Of a DNA stretch of 51,781 bases, positions 37,056 to 48,443 are shown in pieces. The DNA is taken from NCBI GenBank assembly GCA_964593285.1, contig CAZQHZ010000002.1:16858-68638 (forward strand). The letters run 5' to 3'. The notes below the pieces were generated by a model. That model saw only the letters and a program-made list of their open reading frames with translations. It was not told the DNA's origin and did no database searches. The position numbers and the translations under genes are program-made. How positions within the stretch are numbered: the stretch's first letter is position 1; every line of letters starts with the position of its first letter. This DNA is from an uncultured Methanosarcinales archaeon. Lineage in GTDB: Archaea; Nanobdellota; Nanobdellia; Woesearchaeales; DSVV01.

Positions 37056-37788
37056 AAAATTAAGAGAATATGCAAATTTAAAATCATTTAATTTAGGTCA
37101 GGCAGAAATTGATTATTATCAAGAGGTTATTTTATTTATTTTATCACGAGAGTTTGGCAGGGAATTATTATTTAAAGGTGGGACAGCATTAACAAAATGT
37201 TTTGGATTTGATAGATTTTCTGAGGATTTGGATTTTAATTTAAATTTAGATACTGATGTTGAAAAAATTATATCTAGTGGTTTGAAAAAATTTTATATAG
37301 AGTTTGAAGTAGTTAAAAATATTTATAAAAATTCAAAAAATTTGATTTATAGATTAAAAGGTCCATTATATAATGGAAATAAAAATTCATTTTGTAAAGT
37401 TTCATTAGATTTTAGTTTAAGAGAAAAAAACATAGTAGATGGAATTATTTCTAGAATTGGACTTCATATAGATGAAATTCCCTCATTTGATATTATTGTT
37501 ATGTCAAAAGAAGAAATTTTTGCTGAAAAAATAAGAGCAATATATACAAGAAATAAAGCTAGAGATTTATATGATTTATATTTTTTGATTAAAGGTAAAG
37601 TAAAAGCTGATAAAAATTTAATTAATACAAAATTAAAATTATACTCTTTAAAATTTCAAATGAAAACTTTTAAACAGATGATAAATAATAAAGAAACAAT
37701 TTGGGATAGTGAAATGGAAAATTTAACAAAGACATATCCTGATTTTAAGGAATTAAAAAAGGATATTTTTAATGTAAAGATTAAATGA
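37042..37788 (+). CDS. abiEii: AbiEii/AbiGii-family nucleotidyltransferase toxin (DUF1814)
   Basis: The sequence contains the family motifs LLFKGGTALTKCFGFDRFSEDLDFN and KIRAIYTRNKARDLYDLYFL. Confidence 0.8.
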   Translation: MISIEKLREYANLKSFNLGQAEIDYYQEVILFILSREFGRELLFKGGTALTKCFGFDRFSEDLDFNLNLDTDVEKIISSGLKKFYIEFEVVKNIYKNSKNLIYRLKGPLYNGNKNSFCKVSLDFSLREKNIVDGIISRIGLHIDEIPSFDIIVMSKEEIFAEKIRAIYTRNKARDLYDLYFLIKGKVKADKNLINTKLKLYSLKFQMKTFKQMINNKETIWDSEMENLTKTYPDFKELKKDIFNVKIK

Positions 37789-37852
37789 TTTTAATTTCTA
37801 ATATTTTTATAAGATTTGCATTCTTGAATTATAAAATTATATAGAATTTTAT

Positions 37853-37916
37853 CTAGATAACCTATATGATTTAATTCCTTTAAAAATTACTGTTGATTAA
37901 AAGTAAATTATTTAAA
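37853..37916 (+). repeat. Direct repeat, right copy (perfect core 37873-37916)
   Basis: See the left copy. This copy ends 22 nt upstream of the gatD ATG. Confidence 0.9.
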
Positions 37917-37938
37917 TTCTTATTAATTTTTAAAAAAT

Positions 37939-39237
37939 ATGGAACCAGAATTTGGAGATAATGTTTTAGTTTATGCAAATGATAATACTTATGAAGGCGT
38001 ATTAATGCCTAGACCTAGTTTGTTAGATAAAAATATTGTTGTTATAAAATTAAATAATGGCTATAATATTGGAATTGATAAAAAAAATATAAAAAAAATA
38101 GAATTAAAATCAAAATATAAGCCTAAAGTTGAAAAACCAAAAAAAATAGAATTTAAAAAAAATTTACCAACAATTAGTGTTTTATCTTTTGGTGGGACAA
38201 TTTCTTCAAAAGTAGATTATAAAACAGGTGGTACTTATGCTGATTATACTGCAGAAGATTTTGTTATGATGTGTCCAGAATTGTCTGATATTGCAAATAT
38301 TAAAGCAAAAAAAGTTATGGGTAAAATGAGTGAAGATTTTACTCCAAAAGATTGGACTATAATGGCTAGAGAAATAGAAAAAGAGATAAAAACAGGGGTA
38401 GATGGAATTATTATTTCTCAAGGTACAGATACCCTGCATTTTTCAACATCAGCAATTCATTATATGTTTGAGCGTTTAAACATTCCAATTATTTTTACAG
38501 CATCGCAGCGAAGTATTGATCGTGGTTCAAGTGATGCATTTATGAATTTAATTTGTAGTGTAAATGCTACATCTAAATTTAAACATCCAGGTGTATTTAG
38601 CTGTATGCATGGTACGACTAATGATGATTATTGTATTTTAATTAAAGGTAATAAATTGAGAAAAATGCATACAAGTAGAAGAGATGCATTTAGACCAATT
38701 AATGATAGTATAATTGCAAAAGTTTATACAAATGGAGTTATTGATATATTAGATGAAAATTATAAAGAAAATGTTGAAAATAATAATTTTAAAAAAAGTG
38801 AAGTTAGTTTAAAACCTGTATTTGAAGAAAAAACTGCATTAATTTATGTATATCCTGGGTTTAATCCAAAAATATTTGATTTTTATATTGAAAATAATTA
38901 TAAGGGCATAGTAATTGCAGCAACTGCACTTGGTCATGTTTGCTCTAGTGGGAAAAATAATGTTTTACCTTATATTAAAAAAGCAATTGAAAATGGTATT
39001 TTAGTTGTAATTTCATCTCAAACAATTTATGGTAAAACTCACAAATATGTTTATTCAACTTTAAGAAAATTATCTGTTGAATTAAATTGTGTATTTTCAG
39101 AGGATTTAACTCCTGAAACTTCTTATGTAAAACTTGGGGTTATACTTTCAAAAGCTAAAAATAAAGATGAAGCAACTAAATTATTTTTAATGCAAGATAA
39201 AGATGAAAGAAGTTTAGCTGATTCATTTCTTAATTAA
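37939..39237 (+). CDS. gatD: Glutamyl-tRNA(Gln) amidotransferase subunit D
   Basis: The asparaginase-like motifs LSFGGTISSKVDYKTGG and SQGTDTLHFS are present, together with the archaeal N-terminal domain. Confidence 0.9.
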   Translation: MEPEFGDNVLVYANDNTYEGVLMPRPSLLDKNIVVIKLNNGYNIGIDKKNIKKIELKSKYKPKVEKPKKIEFKKNLPTISVLSFGGTISSKVDYKTGGTYADYTAEDFVMMCPELSDIANIKAKKVMGKMSEDFTPKDWTIMAREIEKEIKTGVDGIIISQGTDTLHFSTSAIHYMFERLNIPIIFTASQRSIDRGSSDAFMNLICSVNATSKFKHPGVFSCMHGTTNDDYCILIKGNKLRKMHTSRRDAFRPINDSIIAKVYTNGVIDILDENYKENVENNNFKKSEVSLKPVFEEKTALIYVYPGFNPKIFDFYIENNYKGIVIAATALGHVCSSGKNNVLPYIKKAIENGILVVISSQTIYGKTHKYVYSTLRKLSVELNCVFSEDLTPETSYVKLGVILSKAKNKDEATKLFLMQDKDERSLADSFLN

Positions 39238-39285
39238 TTTTTTAATAACAAATTATTTATAGAAAATTATCTTATCCATAATAAA

Positions 39286-39864
39286 ATGAGTAATAATTTA
39301 AATTTATTTAAGTATTATAAAGAAGATGAATTTAATTTGTTTGTGACTGAAAAAATAAATTCTATTTTAAAAAATGTAGATAAAAAAAGTAATATATTAT
39401 TTCTTGGTAAAATTGATTTAAAAAATCTAAAAAATAAAAATTTGAATATTAAATCGTTTTGTTTTTCAAAAGATAATTATGAAAAAGAAATTGATGATTT
39501 TTTTTCATTTTCAAAAAAAAATAAATTAAATTTTGATTATATTTTTGATATATCTTTTATGCAGTATATAAAAATGAGTTTTTTATCTAAATATATGCAA
39601 ATTTTATCTAATTTGTCAAAATATAAAACAAAATATTATTTAATTTCTTTGTCTAATGATTCAAATTATTGTAAAATTAATTGTCCAAAAAGATTGTGGA
39701 CTATTAAAGATAAAAAATATGTTAGATATTTTAAAAAAAACCATATAAAAAGAACAGTTGAAAAAAAATTTAAAATTATTAAAATTAATTTGCTTTATTT
39801 TTCTATAGATGAAGATAAATATTTTGAAATTAGTGGTATAATGACTAATAAAAGACTTAGCTAA
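39286..39864 (+). CDS. Hypothetical protein (possibly a degenerate Rossmann/methyltransferase-like fold)
   Basis: This is a 192-aa ORF between gatD and gatE. ILFLGKIDL and FDYIFDISFMQYI only weakly resemble SAM-MTase motifs I and post-I. Confidence 0.4.
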   Translation: MSNNLNLFKYYKEDEFNLFVTEKINSILKNVDKKSNILFLGKIDLKNLKNKNLNIKSFCFSKDNYEKEIDDFFSFSKKNKLNFDYIFDISFMQYIKMSFLSKYMQILSNLSKYKTKYYLISLSNDSNYCKINCPKRLWTIKDKKYVRYFKKNHIKRTVEKKFKIIKINLLYFSIDEDKYFEISGIMTNKRLS

Positions 39865-39907
39865 AAACCAAAATTAATAAATACCTTCTTATTTTCTTTA
39901 TTTTAAT

Positions 39908-43614
<3,707 letters not shown>

Positions 43615-43717
43615 TTAACCTTTTTTAAAATTTATTTTTTATAGATAAGAGTTAATATTGAAAAACTTTAGTTGTTATATAAACTTTTCGAATAAATTTT
43701 TATTTTTGTTGTTAAAA

Positions 43718-44572
43718 TTAGTTTTTATTAAAAATAATTATATTTCCTCTACCTTTTTTGATTTTTTTAATTATTTTTTTCTCTTCTAATTCACTGATAA
43801 TTAAAGATATTTTAGCTTCAGATAAATCAAAATTTTTTCTTATTTCTTTTTGTGTAATTCTTTTTTCTTTTTTTATCAAATTTAGTACTTTATTTAAATA
43901 TTCATCGTTTGAATTTATATCTATTTTTGTTTCATCTTTTATATCTTCTTTTTTTGTTGTATCTTTTATTTCATAAATTTCATCATTATCTCTATTATTA
44001 TTGTCACTTATTAATTCAAAATTTATGCTTTGTGTTGTATCTTTTTTTTTGTTTTTTAAATTTGATTTATTTTTTATTAAATAAATTAAAATTGCTAATA
44101 ATAATATTATGCCTATTAGAATTAATGAGGATGTTATGATTGTATTTGCTTTAATATTATTAAAAATATTAGTTTCATTATTATTTGTTTCTTCTTCATA
44201 AGGTTTTGGTATTTCTTCCTTTAGTTGCTCTTTAGTCATTTCTTCTAAAATTAAGTCAACTACAAAACTTCCTTCTTTAGTTATAATCAAATCAACATCA
44301 GTTCCAAGAACATTTTCTTCATCTGCAAATGTTCTTGCTATTAGTTTATATCTTCCAGGAGGCAATTCAAAGAAATATGTTCCATCTTTTACAATATATC
44401 TTTGTATTGGATTTGAATTTATTATTACTATAACATCATTTATTTCATCAAGTGTGCTATTATATACTTGTCCTTTTATGATTGCACCATAAGTTAGATT
44501 TACTGATATTAATACGAAAATTAAAAAAAATAATGCTATTTTTTTATTAAATCTATTAATTTTAATAAGCAT
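43718..44572 (-). CDS. Single-pass membrane protein with an extracellular CarboxypepD_reg-like domain and a cytoplasmic C-terminal wHTH
   Basis: After the signal/anchor comes GQVYNS...DGTYFFELPPGRYKLIA. The TM segment is IITSSLILIGIILLLAILIYLI. The C-terminus is KRITQKEIRKNFDLSEAKISLIISELEEKKIIKKIKKGRGNII. Confidence 0.6.
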   Translation of the reverse strand: MLIKINRFNKKIALFFLIFVLISVNLTYGAIIKGQVYNSTLDEINDVIVIINSNPIQRYIVKDGTYFFELPPGRYKLIARTFADEENVLGTDVDLIITKEGSFVVDLILEEMTKEQLKEEIPKPYEEETNNNETNIFNNIKANTIITSSLILIGIILLLAILIYLIKNKSNLKNKKKDTTQSINFELISDNNNRDNDEIYEIKDTTKKEDIKDETKIDINSNDEYLNKVLNLIKKEKRITQKEIRKNFDLSEAKISLIISELEEKKIIKKIKKGRGNIIIFNKN

Positions 44573-44835
44573 ATTTATTTGTTATTTTTTTTAATTTAAA
44601 TAGTTTTGTTTTTTTAAAAATAGTTTTTTAAGCTTAAAATTCATTTTTAAGCTTTTAAATGCCTTTATTATTTAAAATAAGTATTTATAAAGTTTTATAA
44701 AGTTTTAAATCTGCTTTTAAAGTATTTAAATAAAAAAATACGAAAGTATATATTTAAATGAAATAATTTTATATATTAATTAGGCTATCTTAAATATTGT
44801 GTGTTAAATTTTTTTTATTTTTTTTTTATTTTTTC

Positions 44836-45987
44836 TTATACCTTTAAAAAATAACTAATTAATTTATCTGCATTAATTTTATCTTGTTTATAATCAGTAC
44901 ATAGTTTAATTACTTTTTTTTTATCAATTAAAATATTTTTTTTATCAAGAATTTCTTTTATTGTTTTTGAGCATAAGAATTCAGAAAATTGAGTGATATT
45001 TTTTGGTTTTTTTGTAAAATGAGATCTTTCAAAATCAATTAATGTGATATTTTTACCAATGATTATATGTTTTCTTGGATTGTGCATCTCTTCTTTGTTA
45101 ATTTTTAATTCATCAAGAATTTTTAGTTGTCTAAATATTTCTTTAATTACTTTTATTATCTTTGTTTTAGAATTGTTTATAATATAGTCTAAAAAATATA
45201 TTCCTTCATTGAATGTATAAATGAAATATTCATTTGTATAATCAATTATTTTTGGTCCTATATTATATTTTTCTAATTTTTTTATAATATTAGTTTCATT
45301 TTCAATTCTAAATGTCGCTTTTGAATTTGGATTTTTAGATTTTATTAATACTTTTTTATTATTTAAAATACCTTGAAAAATAATTCCTCTTTTTCCTTTT
45401 GAAAAGTATCTTATTTTCTTAATTTTTTTATTTTCAAGTTTTTTTAATAGTTCTGTTTTTTTAATTAAATAAACATATAAAATTTCAAAAAAAATTTGCT
45501 CTTTATCTATTAATTCGAATGAGAAGCCATAATTATTGATTATTTCATCTACTTTTTCTTTGTTTGTTAAATTACTAAATAATAATAATATTTTTCCATT
45601 TGATTTTAAAAATTTTGATACATTTAAAAAAAATTTTTCAATTGTTTCATATCCTTTTTTGCCTCCAAATAATGTTATATCTTCAAATTTTGGATCATTT
45701 GGTAGGTATGGTGGATTGAATATAATTAAATCAAATGATATTTTTTCTTTATTTAATGCACTAAATAGATCACTTTTTAAAAAAATAATATTTTTATTTT
45801 TGTATTCTTTTTTGCAATATTTAATAACTTCACTTTGAATATCAATTGCATATACTTTATTTGCAAATTTTTCTGCTTTATTTGCTAAAATTCCACTACC
45901 AGTTCCAACATCTAAAACATTACCTTTGGCATAATTTTTTATATGTTTTTCTATTAAATAGGAATCTTCTTTTGGTTCATATATCAT
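44836..45987 (-). CDS. Fusion of a HemK/Mtq2-like N5-glutamine methyltransferase domain and a protein-kinase-like domain
   Basis: Residues 1-~185 contain YEPKEDSYLI, LDVGTGSGIL and IFNPPY. Residues ~190-383 contain a Gly-rich GKRGIIF, VLIK, a NEG hinge and LIDFERS, in the layout of Bud32/RIO-type small kinases. Confidence 0.6.
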   Translation of the reverse strand: MIYEPKEDSYLIEKHIKNYAKGNVLDVGTGSGILANKAEKFANKVYAIDIQSEVIKYCKKEYKNKNIIFLKSDLFSALNKEKISFDLIIFNPPYLPNDPKFEDITLFGGKKGYETIEKFFLNVSKFLKSNGKILLLFSNLTNKEKVDEIINNYGFSFELIDKEQIFFEILYVYLIKKTELLKKLENKKIKKIRYFSKGKRGIIFQGILNNKKVLIKSKNPNSKATFRIENETNIIKKLEKYNIGPKIIDYTNEYFIYTFNEGIYFLDYIINNSKTKIIKVIKEIFRQLKILDELKINKEEMHNPRKHIIIGKNITLIDFERSHFTKKPKNITQFSEFLCSKTIKEILDKKNILIDKKKVIKLCTDYKQDKINADKLISYFLKV

Positions 45988-46040
45988 TTTTTAATTAATT
46001 CAATACATTTATATATCTATTTTTAATTAAGTTTTATAAA

Positions 46041-46370
46041 ATGATATTTAAAATATTTCAAATTAAGTATGGTTTTGTATTTTTATTTATTTTATTGTTT
46101 ATTTTTTTAAATGGATGTCTTAAGGTACATGAAACTGTTTTTACTGCAAGGGATGAGTGTATTGAATTTATAGAATATCAAAATTCAACAAATTTAAGAA
46201 ATTCTTATGATGAATGTGTTGTTTTGCATAAAAAAAAGTTAGAAAATAATGAATTTTGTGAATTTAAATGTAAAAAATATTGTGATTATCAAAATATGAG
46301 TTATTCAAATTCTTGGGCAGATTTTTCTGGATGTACTTGTAATTGCAAACATAATTTAAAATCTAAGTAA
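46041..46370 (+). CDS. Small Cys-rich lipoprotein-like protein (same C-x3-C-x3-C-x16-C-x-C-x-C family)
   Basis: The signal ends FLNGC. The C-terminus is CEFKCKKYCDYQNMSYSNSWADFSGCTCNC. Confidence 0.65.
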   Translation: MIFKIFQIKYGFVFLFILLFIFLNGCLKVHETVFTARDECIEFIEYQNSTNLRNSYDECVVLHKKKLENNEFCEFKCKKYCDYQNMSYSNSWADFSGCTCNCKHNLKSK

Positions 46371-46860
46371 ATTTTTCATCAATTTTTTTAAAATATTCTT
46401 TAATTCTGTTTAATATTGAGGGTAATACAAAAGATTCTATTTTTTCTTCAAATATTAAAGATAAATTGCTAAATTCATTAATCCTATATTCATTTTTAAT
46501 TTTTTCAACTAAATGTAAGTCTCTTAATCTTTTAATCTGTCTTCTAATGTTTGAAGATGCAATTCCAAGCAGTGGTAAATTTGATTCTTTTCTTAATTGT
46601 ATTACTTTATTTTCAATTTCTTTTGAATTAAGCATATTTTTTTCTTTTAGTTGTATTAGTAATGCATGAATTACATCAACTATAACATCTCTTGAGTCTC
46701 CTGGTTGTAGTAATCCTAAACTTAAGCAAAATTTTTTAAGTAGTTCTCTTGTATCAATTTCATAGGGCATTTCATATTTTCGTAAAATTAATTCGTTTAG
46801 TGGAGTTTCTTTTGAAACTTTTCTAGTGTTATTTATTTTATTGTTAATATTTTGGATCAT
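46363..46860 (-). CDS. Putative wHTH DNA-binding protein
   Basis: GIASSNIRRQIKRLRDLHLVEKIKNEYRI resembles a recognition helix plus wing. No precise family could be assigned. Confidence 0.45.
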   Translation of the reverse strand: MIQNINNKINNTRKVSKETPLNELILRKYEMPYEIDTRELLKKFCLSLGLLQPGDSRDVIVDVIHALLIQLKEKNMLNSKEIENKVIQLRKESNLPLLGIASSNIRRQIKRLRDLHLVEKIKNEYRINEFSNLSLIFEEKIESFVLPSILNRIKEYFKKIDEKFT

Positions 46861-46903
46861 ACTATTTAGATATACAATTCTAATTTATAAGTATTATATT
46901 AAA

Positions 46904-46974
46904 ATGTCCAGTGAAATATTTTTAAAATAATTTACTTTTGTAGTCTGTAAAAGTTTTTAGATTGATGTCCAGTG
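46904..46974. promoter_or_regulatory. Two copies of ATGTCCAGTG, 61 bp apart, in a divergent promoter region
   Basis: Exact 10-mers lie at 46904-46913 and 46965-46974. Each is followed within ~10 nt by AAATATTT. They lie between the wHTH gene (minus strand) and the signal peptidase gene (plus strand). Confidence 0.35.
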
Positions 46975-47082
46975 GTTACTTAAAATATTTAATTTTTATT
47001 TAAAAATATTATGTATCTATTAAATATTTTAATTTATTAAAAAATAGAAAATTTTATAATTAATTAATCAAAGCTTTATTTA

Positions 47083-47814
47083 ATGTCAAAAAAAAATAAC
47101 GAAAAGGAAAAAAAATTAAAACCTAAATCGACTTTTGGAAAAATTTGGTATTTTATTTGGGAAGATAATTCTCTTTTAAGTTGGATTGTAAATATTATTT
47201 TGGCATTTGTTTTGATTAAATTTATTGTATATCCTGTTATTGGTTTTGTTCTTGGAACGGGTTTTCCTGTTGTTGCTGTTATTTCTGGAAGTATGGAACA
47301 TAAAGCAGTTCATCCATGTATTGATAGTGATTGTTCAATAAGAGATACATCTACTTATAGAATTTGTGATGAATATTTTGATGAAAAACCAAAAACTAAT
47401 TTTGAATTTTTTTGGAATTCTTGTGGAGATTTTTATGAAAATTTAGGTATTGTAAAAGAAGAATTTAAAAATTTTCATTTTAAAAATGGCTTTAATACAG
47501 GTGATATCATTGTAATTAGGGGTATAAAACCTGAAAATATTGAAATTGGAAATGTTATAGTTTTTGCAGCATCTAAAGATTATCCAATTATACATCGAGT
47601 TGTAGATATTGATTTTAAAGATGGTGTTTATTATTATACAACAAAAGGTGATCATAATCCTGAAATAGATCCTATTTTAGATACAAATATACATCAAGAT
47701 AATGTTATTGGAAAAGCTTTTTTTAAAATTCCTTATTTAGGATGGATTAAAATAGGGTTTGTTAATTTTTTAGAATATATTGGGTTATTTAAATTAGTAA
47801 ACTTTATAAATTAA
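47083..47814 (+). CDS. Signal peptidase I, archaeal/Sec11 type, with a Cys-containing insert
   Basis: The boxes are SGSME (catalytic Ser), GDIIVIRG, PIIHRVV and TKGDHN. A ~65-aa insert lies between SGSME and the GD box. Confidence 0.8.
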   Translation: MSKKNNEKEKKLKPKSTFGKIWYFIWEDNSLLSWIVNIILAFVLIKFIVYPVIGFVLGTGFPVVAVISGSMEHKAVHPCIDSDCSIRDTSTYRICDEYFDEKPKTNFEFFWNSCGDFYENLGIVKEEFKNFHFKNGFNTGDIIVIRGIKPENIEIGNVIVFAASKDYPIIHRVVDIDFKDGVYYYTTKGDHNPEIDPILDTNIHQDNVIGKAFFKIPYLGWIKIGFVNFLEYIGLFKLVNFIN

Positions 47815-47833
47815 TAATGTTTATAAGATTAAA

Positions 47834-48145
47834 ATGATGTTTTGTCCAAAATGTGGTTCTTTGATGCTTCCAAAGAAAGGAAAAAAAGGTATTTTAGCAT
47901 GCTCTTGTGGTTATGTTGAAAAAGAGTCTAAAGATTTTAAGATAAAAGAGAACATAAAAAAAGAAGATGATATAGATGTTGTTTATACAGAAATAGACCC
48001 ATCACCATTAATAGATGCACAATGTCCAAAATGTTCTCATAATAAAGCTAGATTTTGGACTGTTCAAACTCGTGCATCAGATGAACCTGAAACAAAATTT
48101 ATGAAATGTGAAAAATGTAAACACATTTGGCGTGATTATAATTAA
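47834..48145 (+). CDS. tfs: Transcription factor S (TFS/RpoM)
   Basis: An N-terminal zinc ribbon CPKCGS...CSCGY is present. The C-terminus is CPKCSHNKARFWTVQTRASDEPETKFMKCEKC. Confidence 0.92.
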   Translation: MMFCPKCGSLMLPKKGKKGILACSCGYVEKESKDFKIKENIKKEDDIDVVYTEIDPSPLIDAQCPKCSHNKARFWTVQTRASDEPETKFMKCEKCKHIWRDYN

Positions 48146-48396
48146 TATTTTAAATTTTATAAATTAATTTTCTAGATTTTTTTATTAAAATTGATATTAT
48201 TTAACTAAAAATAAATAAAAATTTTCTGTTTTTAAAATTATTTTAATTTATGAAGTAAATAAATATAAAAATTTTAGAAATAAATAGATTATTGGATGCG
48301 TTAAGTCTTATAAATTAGATTTTGATTTAATGTTAATAATTATTAATTACTTACTTTTTTTAATTGATAATAAATAATTTAAAAAGGCAAAGTGTT

Positions 48397-48432
48397 CATT
48401 ACTAATGCAAACTTTTATATATTAGTAATGCA
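48397..48432 (+). promoter_or_regulatory. Paired palindromic ATTA(C/G)TAATGCA motifs flanking a TATA-like box just upstream of the ATPase gene
   Basis: The copies are cattactaatgca (48397-48409) and tattagtaatgca (48420-48432), with cttttatata between them. The ATG is at 48444. Confidence 0.3.
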
Positions 48433-48443
48433 CACCAGAAACA

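Larger units (their letters stand above)
36025..37872 (+). mobile_element. Putative inserted AbiE toxin-antitoxin cassette bounded by direct repeats (no integrase present)
   Basis: The segment is ~1.85 kb and holds only abiEi and abiEii between the two repeat copies. It is inserted between a phoU-like gene and gatD. Confidence 0.4.
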
